From the NCBI RefSeq assembly GCF_009914755.1, contig NC_060936.1: a stretch of DNA of 64,000 nucleotides. One strand, written 5' to 3'. Positions 33,340-45,399 of the stretch are shown here, piece after piece. The stretch's first letter is position 1, and each line of letters begins with the position of its first letter. The translations under genes and the position numbers were made by a program. Below the pieces are notes generated by a model that worked only from the letters and a program-made list of their open reading frames with translations, made no database searches and was not told the DNA's origin. The stretch comes from the human T2T-CHM13v2.0 reference genome, Homo sapiens.

Positions 33340-33540
33340 GGTTCCATCTATACAATGTGAGCATCTGGCTCCCCGAATCATATTATTGAGAGAGCTTGTT
33401 AAAAATCCATTCCAGAGCCCCACGCCCTAGAGTCTGATTCAGTGTGTCTGAGGGGGAACCCCAGGTATTTGAAGCTTTCACAAGCACTTTAGGTAGTGTG
33501 GATACAAGTAGCCTGGGATATTGACTTTTAAAAACAGTGG
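33340..33540. mobile_element. MER5-type hAT MITE
   Basis: agcttgttaaaaat..gccccacgccctagagtctgattcagt; similar MER5 fragments at ~34777-34875 and ~35810-35930. Confidence 0.65.
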
Positions 33541-33828
33541 AAAGATCCCAGGAAAAACCCAAGTTAGGCTAAAACCACTGAGGTTAGTGTGGTTGCAGGA
33601 AAAGCCGAATGTGTGTGGCTGCAGAGACACCTAAAACCACTAGGGGGACCAAAAAATTAAATTAGGAGGAACATAGAATCCTTGAACTGGAACCAAAAAG
33701 AGTAAAATTTGGTAGTAAAATGCACAATCCTATCTGAAAATATGTAATTTTTGCACTCCCAAATATTTGCATTCATATTATGAATTCACATTCTGACTTC
33801 AGAGAGAAGAAAATCAAGGTATTTCTGA

Positions 33829-33922
33829 CCTCTTCCCTTCCCTACCCTTTCTTTCTTTCCTTCTTTCCTTCCTTCTTTCCTTCCTTCTTTCTTTCTTTCT
33901 TTCTCTTTCTTTCTTTCTTTCT
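33829..33922. repeat. (TTCC)n/(TTTC)n polypyrimidine tract
   Basis: Direct reading. Confidence 0.95.
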
Positions 33923-34057
33923 TGAGATTAGAAGGAAGAAATCCACCAGAGTCAAAAAATATCCTAAAACACTTCAACTTAGGAGTTTGCTACACCCGCC
34001 ATCACACTGTTCGTGGGGGGGAAAGTGTGCTAGTAAGGCAGAGAAAAACAAACATAC

Positions 34058-34222
34058 CCATTAGAAAGATTGCATCTGAAGATGATATTCCATATTGCTG
34101 TTCTAGGTATTTAGGCATGAAGGAGATCATGTTAACGAATGCATTGAACTGTATCACACTTACAAGTATGAAAAGCATATAAATTGGATTGCAGGAAAGA
34201 CTTTTCATGAAAGGTAGAAAAT
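34058..34222 (-). CDS. SLCO1A2: OATP1A2 coding exon, 165 bp (DFLPFMKSL...PKYLEQQYG...IFLMG)
   Basis: Acceptor catttcag|AT, donor ATGG|gtatgt. Confidence 0.97.
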
Positions 34223-34939
34223 CTGAAATGAAAGAATGACAACTGTGTCAAACGAACTTGGCTTTGCATTTTGTGACTGGCTTTTCCTGAAACATCCACC
34301 TCCTCAACAAATTATGTTTTTTACTATTTTGTAATATGTATTGTTTGCTAATTCTTTTTTCCCCTTGAAAGCTGAAGTCATAGCAATGTTTTGGTGGCTT
34401 CTGGAAGTCAGTGATGTAGCTGACTGGGTAGGGATCAGAACACAACAGTTTTGCCCTCAATAAGTCACTGTTGAGTCTTAAAGATCAGTAAGCAAAACTA
34501 CAAAGTGACCAAAATATTGTCTACGTCCACAGCATTTTATTACTAACCTTTTGTTCTTCTATTAATATATTCTTTTTTCTACAGCTCATTAGAATGAAAG
34601 ATGCTTGTTCTGTTCTGTAAAGTCTGGAGGAAAATCGAGTTGATAAAGAAGATTTCACACAAATATTTATTTTATCACTCCCTGAACATTTGAAATAAAG
34701 ATGTGTGGGAATTAATGAGATATGAATGTTCTCAAGTATCCGGAATTTTTTTTTGCTTCTTCAGAACAACAGTTTCAGTGGTTCTGCCATTGGTTCTCAG
34801 CAAGATCTACCTGGAGATATTTTTTAAAATACCAACATCCAGGTCCCACCCTCAGAGATGCTGATTCATTTGGTACATTCTAAGGACTATGTAAATGATT
34901 TAATCAAAAATGATTCCTGTTAGAAAAAGCACAGAGCCA

Positions 34940-35023
34940 AATGTGTGGCCTGCCTCTAGTAATGTTTGGCCTGCTTCTAGTAATGTGTGGCCTGCCTCTA
35001 GTAATGTGTGGCCTGCTTCTAGT
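34940..35023. repeat. 21-bp minisatellite x4
   Basis: aatgt(g/t)tggcctgc(c/t)tctagt at 34940, 34961, 34982, 35003. Confidence 0.97.
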
Positions 35024-36408
35024 AAATGTTCTTGGTCACACTGCTACCATTCAGGCTCAAGTTCTCACTTTTAATTTCCTTTCACTTTTCCTGTCCACAT
35101 GTTCTCTGTCTTGATTTTCTTATGCACAATCTTGGTTTGCTTAATAAACTGCTCACAATTCATTCTGGAACAAAATTTCAATAAATAAACAATTTAGAAG
35201 AGGAGGACACACAGATTAATGCAAGTAAATGAGTTATAATTGTAAAATTTATATTTATGAATAGGGTACCTGACAGGAGAGAGAGTTATCTGAAGATTTT
35301 TAAGTCACCCATGTTTGTTGACATCCCTGTCCTAATAGATGAGTTTCAGTAGCACAAGTTTCTTTTCTATGTCTTGCAACAAGCTAAGCTCTTTCCTAAT
35401 TTTGAAAATGGAACTGATCTTGCAGACTGCAAGAGGTCTATCAGTCCATAACAATCCTTTAAGAAGAGTTTTTAATATCATCAGAATGATTCTGAGAATT
35501 TGCAAGATTCTGAGTTGGCTCCTAATGACCAAAGATGTATTAAATTATGCTCAATTATGATTTAAGAGAATTTACAATTGTTAAGAAAAATTCTATGCAA
35601 ATTGACATTGTAACTTATGGGTGATGATAGAAACAACAATGACAACATAAAAGTACTAACACTAGTATCAGTATTAATAATAATGTGTGCTAGAATGTCT
35701 TTTACCTTCACACAACAATTCTATAGTAAGTACTATTATTATCCCCATTTGACAGAAAACTGAGACCCTCACCATCCGTCAAATAAACATTTTTAAGTTC
35801 CAATAGCCAGGCTGCACATCCACACTAATTAAATCTGACCTTTTGGGAATACTACAGAACTTTCAGGCATCAATCATTTTTAAAATTTCCTAGGTGATTC
35901 CAATGTGCAGCCAAGTTTGAGCATCAGTGCTCTTGAGTACTAAATACTTAGGCTATCTTAGTTTAGTTTCCCACAGAAAAACCTTCTGTAAATTATACTT
36001 TGAGCTTTTATTGAGGTTCTGTACCAAAAAAAATGTTACATGCAATTTACCCTTTCATTTGCTGGAAAACCACTATGTGGCTCAATATTACCTGTATCAT
36101 GTATCTTATGATCATTTTTAAATTTTTTTACAATTTCTTCCTTGGAGAACTGCTTCTGTTTAAAAATTATTATTCTTCCCTCTACCAAGTATAGAGAGGT
36201 GGGTCACCGATCATGTTTTTTTTTTTCTTTCTGATTTAACTTCCAGGAAGCTCTTCGTTAAACTAACACACTGGTTACAAAACTATACTACCTATTAAGA
36301 TTAGAGTATACTTTTTCCTACTTTTGTTCTTAGTTTAAATTTGCTTGTTCATTTTGTTTCAATTCAACCTATGTTCTCTGTAAAATCGGTTTTTTGAGCA
36401 AATGGGAC

Positions 36409-36755
36409 CATATATATACGTGTGTATATATATATATATATATATACACACACGTATATATATACACACACACATATACACACACATATATGTGTATATA
36501 TATACGTGTATATATATATACGTGTGTGTATATATATATACGTGTATATATATATACGTGTGTGTATATATATACATGACCCTCTCTCTCCTCTCTCTCA
36601 TATATATATGTGTGTGTGTACATATATATGTGTATATATGTGTGTAGATATATGTGTGTGTACATATATATGTGTATATATGTGTGTATATATATATGTG
36701 TGTGTACATATATATGTGTGTGTATATATATATGAAAGAGAGAGAGAGAGGAGAG
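36409..36755. repeat. Compound (TA)/(CA)/(TG)/(GA) microsatellite
   Basis: Direct reading; source of several spurious ORFs. Confidence 0.97.
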
Positions 36756-36999
36756 TGCCAAGACTGACATAAAAGTTTACACAAATGCTGATCTGAAATA
36801 TTTCAGCTTCCAAATTATAATATTTATTTTCAAGTAGTACCATAGGAAGAATCGGACTAGTTAGGTATTCTTGACTGGTGACTGTTGATGACAAATTGTC
36901 TCAACACAGCATAGCATATCATAGTGTTAGACTAAAATACAGACATATCTATATGAAATAAAAGGTCAATTTCATAGTATTTAGAATATGTATATTTGC

Positions 37000-37221
37000 C
37001 TTTAGTGATTCCATATTTTTCCTTCTTGACCTCTTCTTTTTGTTTGTCTTCATTTTCATTTTTAATGATGTCAGCATTAGTCTCTAGTCCTTCCTTTGGA
37101 AGTGTGTTGGGCAAAAAGAAAAAAGGAATGGCAGTGAGCACGTTAACTCCTGCACAAATCAGAAAGCCAAACCACCATGCACCGACCCAACGAGTGTCAG
37201 TGGGAGTTATGATCAGATCAT
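37000..37221 (-). CDS. SLCO1A2: OATP1A2 coding exon, 222 bp, carrying the OATP superfamily signature; GC donor
   Basis: Acceptor ttttacag|AT; encodes DTRWVGAWWFGFL; ends AAAG|gcaaat. Confidence 0.96.
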
Positions 37222-37460
37222 CTGTAAAAAAATACACACACTGTTATTAGCTTAAGTCAGTATTTTCTGTATGAACTATAGAAAATTATTAAAATTAGAA
37301 TTATCGGGTCCCAACCAACTATAAAATTGGCTTATAATTCAGACACTGATAAAATTTTTCTAATAATATGTGGTGTTGTAATATTGTCTAGTAATAAATT
37401 AGGCTGGTTATCTGTCTATCATGTAAGGGATTTAAAAGCAGGTATTAACTAAACAGCTAC

Positions 37461-37528
37461 AAGTTCTATTTCATCATCAACAAATGATTGCTTAAAGTTC
37501 TATTTCATCATCAACAAATGATTGCTTA
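37461..37528. repeat. Perfect 34-bp tandem duplication
   Basis: aagttctatttcatcatcaacaaatgattgctta x2. Confidence 0.98.
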
Positions 37529-37822
37529 ATTGAAATAAATTCAAACCTACATGCTTAAATTTTGTAAAACCAAGAAATATAGTTGAAGTGCACTAGAAAT
37601 AGCATGTGATTCTGTGTCAGATTAGCATTTTATTTTGCACTACTGCTTTCTGGTTTGGAATATTTTAAAAGTTATTTAAATTCCTCCACTAGAGTTTCTC
37701 ACTTTTAAAGTAGAGATCATTTATCAAATTGAAGGTCAAGTAAGGCCATGATTATATATGATAACATACCTGAGATGCTTTGTATAGTCTAGACACTGTA
37801 CAAATAGATTTTATTGAATTAC

Positions 37823-37921
37823 CTGTGTTCACAAATCCAGTGTCAACATAAACATTTGCACAGAATGATGCCAACAAAAGTCCAATCAAAGGACCAATAA
37901 TAGCTCCTGTTTCTACAAGCC
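37823..37921 (-). CDS. SLCO1A2: OATP1A2 coding exon, 99 bp ([11 protein letters not shown]...GFVNT)
   Basis: Acceptor tttttag|GG, donor ACAG|gtaatt. Confidence 0.97.
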
Positions 37922-39207
37922 CTAAAAATAAATAAAAGTATAAGGTTATAGTACAGTTATATGCCCACATAAAGAGTTCTAGGTCTATGAAAAGCCTGAA
38001 GATTGAATATTTTTGCCTTGGATACTTTTGACTAGATACACAATTTATATGAAGTTAAGCTTGATGTACATATAAATGATGGTTGTTTCTGTAAATGTTG
38101 AAAAAGAAGCCTCATAATTTAAAGCCACTTTCCCTGGCCTCCAAATTCCCTTTCATGCTGGGTCACAGGTAGAGATTTGCTGTAACAGCACAGGCAGTCC
38201 CAGCTGGGATCATGCCATTGACTAGGTCGTGATATAACCAAGGTCCTGTTAATTCATCCCACAGGCATGTTTTGGGAGGAATTCTAAAGCAATACCATCT
38301 TATAGTGGATTTCTCATGGCACATTCCTCAAAAAAGTTTCACTCTCAGATCTGCAACTTGAAACTTCCTTCTGGCTATGTCCTCATTATTATTATATGAT
38401 ACAAGTCTTTGATTTTATCATGTTCTCCTTCCTTTACTTCCACAGTTTTATTTTCCATGTCCATCAGTCCTATCTGTCTTCACTTGAATTCTTATCCATT
38501 AAAATTTCATCATCAGCTGTCTCATCACTTGTCTACAATTCAGAACCTATGCTGAACCCTCCCTGATCTCTGAAAATCCAGACACGAGCTTCTTCAACTT
38601 TCTTCCTGTTCACTTCAAAATTTGGCTTTGCCTATTATCTCTGCCTTCTCCATGGTTCTTGGAGAACCCGCCCTATACACACCTAACTTCTTGGTTCCAA
38701 CCCCTTCTATCTTCTCTAAGGTTTTGCTCTACCAAATACTCCCTCTCTTGTGCGCGTTCAATTTCCCCGTAGCCAATGATTCTACAAAATCTCAAATCCA
38801 CCCTGCTTTCTCTCCTTTCACTATACTCTCTGCCTCTACTTCCTCACCTCTCACTCACTTTACTCAAATCCTTTTACATTCTCCTCCAAATACTCTCAGG
38901 TAGCCCCAGTGATCTCTTTGTCACTAATTTAGTGTCTTTTTTTGGTCTTCATCTTCCTAGCTTTCTAGGTTATTTGACATTGCTGGCCAACTCCTCTTTT
39001 TACATTTCTTCCTGAGAGTTTCATTAAACTATACATGTATTGTTTCATTGTGTTCTTATGACTATTCCTTCTTTGATTTTCCTTTCTCCTATTCTATTTA
39101 CTAAGTAAAAGTCTTTCCCAGTATTTTATCCTAATATCTCTCAGTATATATATGTTCTTCCACAGCAACCTTATTTCTCCCTCTTGATTTCATTTATTAC
39201 CTCTCCA

Positions 39208-39643
39208 TTTTTTTTTTTTTGAGATGGAGTTTCACTCTTATTGCTCAGGCTGGAGTGCTCACTGCAACCTCCACCTCCCGGGTTCAAGTGATCCACCTCC
39301 CGGGTTCAAGTGATTCTCCTGTCTCAGCCTACTGAGTAGCTGGGATTATAGGCACATGCCACCACACCTGGCCAATTTTTGTACTTTTAGTAGAGATGGG
39401 GTTTTATCATATTGGACAGGCTGGTCTCGAACTCCTGAACTCAGATGATCTGCCTGCCTCAGCCTCCTGAGTAGCTGGGATTACAGGCGCATACCACCAC
39501 ACTCGGCTAATTTTTGTGTTTTTAGTAGAGACGGGGTTTCATCATATTGATCAGGCTGGTCTCGAACTCCTGACTGCAGATGATTTGTCCGCCTCAGCCT
39601 CCCAAAGTGCTGGGATTACAGGCATGAGCCACCACACCTGGTC
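39208..39643 (-). mobile_element. AluSp/Sq-like element with internal 135-bp and 22-bp duplications (trimeric Alu)
   Basis: Single tail and single 5' end but three monomers; 135-bp period at 39318/39453/39588. Confidence 0.92.
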
Positions 39644-41078
39644 AATTTTCCAACTTTTAACCTAGCTTTTATATTCTCTTCTAAACTCCAGAGCCATATG
39701 GAACTGTTTTCTTGGTGTAGAGCTATTTGATTTATAGTTATTTGGTTATGGATACACACATGAACACACACTATATATGTATATACATATATATACACAC
39801 TACATATATATAGTACTAATAATTATGTAGTTCTTTATTTACTAACCTTGTATGGACCACATCATCCTCATTTTAATATGTATAGAGATTATCACAGCTA
39901 CATTTACATATAATACACCATAGTATTTGTTGAATAAAGAAACAGATGTCATAGCAAGGTGTTTGTTAATTTATTGTAGGAGAGTGTTTGCATTCTTTTA
40001 ATATAAGTTTGTGAAGGAAGTTAAAAGGACTGAATAGAAAATCACTGAAAAAGATTATTGCAAAATTAATGAGTTGCCAAAATGTGTGAAAAGTCACTTG
40101 GGTTAATGATCCCTCAATATTTTCATCCATCTGGATTATGTGTAATCATTTCCATCTTCTCTCACCCTCTTTGACTTTTTTAGTTTTTAAAAGATATGCC
40201 TACATACATTAATGGCAAAATGTCCCTATACTAAACGTTATGAGTTTATGACCAACTATTGATAGAATAACAAAAAATATAAGCAAGTCGTGCATAATAA
40301 ATTAAGAATATTTCAGAGATTGGAAGGCAGCACAAGAAGGTGGGTCTTAAGTTGGCTATTGTTCCAGGTGACCTACATGGATTTTAAAATGGTAATTTCA
40401 AGAAACATAAACAAAAAGATGAAGACGTATTTGTGAAAAATATGAAGAAGCCTGACTATATGGAGAGATCATTAAGAAGAGAAACTGTATAGAAACTAAG
40501 TAAGTGAATGTCATGCAGAGCCATGAGTAATAAGTGGACAGATCAGATTTAATAAATGAGGAGCTTATATGTGTCATAAATATAGTAGAGAAGACATGAT
40601 TAAAACAATGCTTGAGAAAAATTATATTGCAAGAATGTTTCTTAAAAACTGAGAAAATAAAATTCTGAAGAGAAAATAATAAAGAGAAACTACAGACAAA
40701 GTAATGAGAACCTCAACAAAAACAGAGGTAGTGAAAATAGCGAGAAAGGTTTTGAATGCACAGAACATTTTAGAGAAAACATTTGCAAATCTCTTAACAG
40801 ATTGGATGTAGTGTAGTGCCAAGCAGATGAAAGGGTCACCTCCAGGGGCACTAGACTTGTGGTATTTCCAATAGTAGAAAGTAGATTTATTAACCAAGTA
40901 GCTCATTGTCATTTAGCATATCTCATCTCCATTCAACAAACTTTTATGGAAGGCCAACTGTGCCAAGATACTCTACTCATCATTGTGGAAATCACTAAGA
41001 CTACAAAAATATAACTAATTTCTAACCTCAAGGAACATATTGCCCTGAAAAGAAGCTAAGGTAGATTTCCATACTTAC

Positions 41079-41225
41079 CAATATATAAAGGAGAATTTTC
41101 AAATTTGGCAAAATCTTCTATATAGGAAATACCCAAAGGCAGGATGGGAGTTTCACCCATTCCACGTACAATATTGCCTACTAGGACGTACACCCACATT
41201 AATGATTTAACTTCCTTTGTACACT
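41079..41225 (-). CDS. SLCO1A2: OATP1A2 coding exon, 147 bp (ECTKEVKSLMW...RGMGETP...SPLYIG)
   Basis: Acceptor aatgcag|AG, donor ATTG|gtaagt; conserved OATP motif RGxGETP..LGxSYxxD. Confidence 0.97.
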
Positions 41226-41424
41226 CTGCATTAAAAAAAAAAGACATGACATTAGTGCTTTGACGATAAAGTGTCAGTAATATTAATTCTATGTTTTCTG
41301 TAGGCATTTCACAGTTATATGACCATGGCCCCTTGTCAATGATTTATATTACTATTCCAGCAGTGACTTCTCAGGGCACCCCTAGTGCATTTTCTGACAG
41401 TGGACTTGAGTATGGACAAGTGTA

Positions 41425-41570
41425 AGTGATATGCTGGAGCCAGTCCCTACTGAGTTGGGAGAGATGAGTATACACACCTCCTCCCAACTCAGTGTTCAGT
41501 GACACCTCATTGGTAGTTTCATAGCAGTGTTACACCACAGAAATTGGCAAACATTAAAAATCAAAGAGAT
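41425..41570. mobile_element. MER63-like hAT fragment
   Basis: tgctggagccag..ctcccaactcagtgttcagtgacacc..ttacaccacagaaattggcaaac. Confidence 0.6.
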
Positions 41571-42981
41571 TCAGTTTCTCCACAACTCCTGGACTCATTC
41601 AGCTGCTACAAGTGCTTCCCCATTCCTACCCAACTTTGGGGAGACAAAAATATATTTCTCTAGAATTGGTACTATATTTATAAGATTTAAACAAAAGTTC
41701 GCTAAAGTGTGAATTCTCTACAGCTCTAATTATTTCATAGAAACTAAAAATATTTAATTGGGTAATCATCATAGGTTCTCTATAGAGCATGTTGTATACT
41801 GTAACCACCAAATAACTTTCAATACAGAAATCCACTCCAATCCTTGGAGCCGCAGCTGCTTAGTAGAGTAACAAAGACTAGACCAAAGGGAATAGAAACT
41901 GAGAAAGATAGGGAGATCTCTGAAGGATTCTGTAAATCTCTTTGCCATCTATGTTCTAAGCCAAAATAGCTGGTAAGCTGTGAGGAAGCTCTGTGGAGTC
42001 CCGTTTTCAGGGATCTGAAGGACAATGCACTCTCACCTCCTATAAATTTGCCAGGTGAGACTGTGAGGTCCTGACCACAGCTGGGTCCAGGAATTTCTTG
42101 TGAGTGCTATCTCTCCATTATTTCCAGTCGGAAAATAATAGTCTCTATTTCTAGGTATTCAGATTTGTTTGTGTGATGCACAAAGTGATTTGTGTCTAGA
42201 GATCACAGGCAAACTCTAGGCCTATTCTAGGGCAAAATTGAAAGCATCAATCCACCTTCCTGGAGATGTGCCAGAATGGGAAGGTTTTGCTATATCCACA
42301 ATGAAGCCGACTAGCACCTGGGTCAGTCTTTGGCAATAGCCCGCTCAGGAAGAGAACACAGGCCACTATTAATGTCATTGTTTTCCTTTGTTTCCCCCAT
42401 GGGGGTTCTTTGGCTTCTTCTGAGACAGACATTTTTCAAATTTTTGAAACTGTTTTGGTTTCCTGACTCAATGATGGTCATGAAATTCCCACCCTTGTGG
42501 ACTACTGCAATTTCCACAAACATGAATCCAGAATAAAAATGTCCCCATAAAAATGTTGAGTCATCAGAGTCATCTCCAGACCAAGTATAACCAGAAGATT
42601 ATACAAGTCTCTTAGCAGAAGGGACAGAAGGGGCAGAAGCCAGTACATTGGTGCCTAGGGCTACCAGAAGCTGAAAGAAGCACTGCTATTGTGTAGAATT
42701 TTAAAGCACTATCTCCAGTAGAGGGGGAAAAAAAAAGAGCAGAAAGACAAGTTCCTAAGTCAATAGAAAGGGAATAGAGTAATTCAGAACTATAGCGTAC
42801 TTGCCTGTTTTCCCCGCTATTAAAGATCAGTGATAGAACACAAATCTCTTGAACTTTGTTTCTGTCTCTAGTTCCTATTTACATAATCATATACACCAAA
42901 TCATCAGCATAAATCCATCCTTATAAGATGTTTTCCTCTGTGGGATGAACTTAACAGTGGTCCTTGGATAGATGTCTTTGA

Positions 42982-43278
<297 letters not shown>

Positions 43279-43533
43279 CTTTGACTCATTTTTAGATAAC
43301 ATGTTAATAAATAAACAAGGAACTCTCAATAAATACATTCAAATATAAGAAAAATAACATTCTTTATTATTAGCTATTCTTATTGCCCATTGTAACTCCT
43401 TTGGAAGTTCCTGGAGAGAGAACATATCTTTGTTTATTTATCTAACTCAATCAATATCTCATTCAAGCCCCTCAGCAGAAAGTGTTTAGTTATAAGTTCG
43501 CTGAACAAAAATCAATACAATGAAGTAGACAAC

Positions 43534-43640
43534 CTGATGGATCCTGCGTTGGTCTTAAAATCTGGGTTCCATTTTCCATACACAAGAAACTGTTTGAGGA
43601 CAAGTTGCCTGAAACTGAAACTGTAGATTCATATTCATAT
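43534..43640 (-). CDS. SLCO1A2: OATP1A2 coding exon, 107 bp (YEYESTVSVSGNLSSNSFLCMENGTQILRPTQDPS), extracellular loop with N-glycosylation sequons
   Basis: Read manually (not in ORF track). Acceptor tatacag|A, donor TCAG|gttgtc; sequons NLS and NGT; keeps frame. Confidence 0.95.
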
Positions 43641-45399
43641 CTGTATAAACACAGGGAAAATGAGTTTATTTTAAGAAAGTAATGAGGACAATGTGGGCAA
43701 TGTGCAGATTGTTACCTTCTGCTTCCCATACAACACAATATCCAAATCCAGTAAAAATGGCTTTTCATCCTTGGCATCCAAGTTATCATAAGTTAATATC
43801 ATCAAAAAACTTGCCACTTTCTGTAAATGAACAATCTTTTTATACTTAGCTTTCAATAATCTGCCTGTGGATGATCTACCTTTAGATTATCAAATATCAA
43901 CTTTCTTTGATTTTTAGGTTATCATTTCCTGGATATAATTATTATGAGATAAGGAACACAAACTTTAAAAAATGTGACATTCAATAATGCATAATTAAGA
44001 AGATAAATGCTTTGGAAGGAATAACAACAAAACAAGCCTTCAACTTGGCATTCTCTAAAGTTTGCTCAAAAGAAGCGAAACCTCCAGTTTCTGAGAAACC
44101 GTACAATAACTCCTCCATGCGTTTCATAAACCCCTAAAAAAACCAAAATATTTGTCCATCATAATGAGAGGCCTTAAGAGAATCTCAATCACCATGACAC
44201 ATAATGTAATGACTTTTTCTCTTCTCATAAGAACAAATGGATTAATAAACTATGACCATTTAATTTAAGCAAATTACCACAAGATCCACATGCTTTTCCT
44301 CAGAAAGTAAATTACATGCCGTAAGATGGGAAAAAAAGTATGTTCAAAGTATGTTCAGTGAAGTCTCTGTTTGTTAGAAATAATGCTGGATTGTTTTCTG
44401 TATTTCTATTAAATAAGGTAGTCAGAAGAAAACTTGCCCTTCTGAGTTCTACAAAAGCTAGAGTGTTATGCTTGGATGCCACTGATAGTCTTAATTTCTG
44501 TGCTATAGGATATAATAAAAAGGCTCAAAATACCTTCCCCTTAGAACAATTGCTCATTGATGCCCAAAGAGTTTGGCTGTGAACTATAGACAAAGGCTTC
44601 TGTCTCCATACTCACAATCCTATGAGACATGACAACCTCAAGGAAATAACACCTTTGGCAGGTGGTAGAAAGAAATGTATACAGTGGCTGAATATTACTT
44701 GACATTGTTTTGGATAGGCTAGGAAATAAAAGAAAAGGAAAGACTCTGCTTAGAAACTCTGATCCCTTCAAAAATACTTTAAAAGAGAAAATATGTTTTG
44801 TTAATTTATCCACTAAAAATCCAGTAACTCAAAGTCTATTCATTCCCAAAGCATCAGCAAAATGACGGTAAATAGATTTTCAAACAGAATGGGGAAAGGC
44901 ATGATTCCACAAGGATAAAAAAAATAGGGAATTTTACAATAAAAGAGAGCTCAACAAGATTTTCAAAATGGAAAAGCAGGTAACTGAGTGGTCACTGAAA
45001 TAAAAGATATGAGAAGTGCAACTCTAAGTGCCTGCAAGGAAGCAATGCTGCAAAGCCCAGGAACATTCAGGCAAGATACTTAAATGCAAAAGTGAGTATG
45101 ATCCAAAACAATAAGAGTGCAAACATTTTGGTTTAAAGTTTGTTTAAGAAACATTCAACTCCCAGAGACATCCCCTGCCACTCCAGCTGAAAATGTTCAT
45201 TGACTCCAGAGTCTGGAGAGGCACACTGAGCATAGAAAGGCAATACAAAAAAAATGGGGGTATTAAGTTAAAAAAATCTACATATCTACATATTAAACAG
45301 TGAGATTCCAACTTCCATTTGGCTGGTAGCTAAGCTTCTACCTCCCAAGGAACAGATTGAAGAATTCCTGTCTAGGATAACAGGTTATCTGCAATTCTG

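Noticed and set aside
36359-36894. Cluster of overlapping YI/HT-rich ORFs
   Set aside because: Dinucleotide microsatellite artefacts
34940-37528. 21-bp and 34-bp repeats as CRISPR-like arrays
   Set aside because: Head-to-tail units with no spacers, in a mammalian intron with no cas genes
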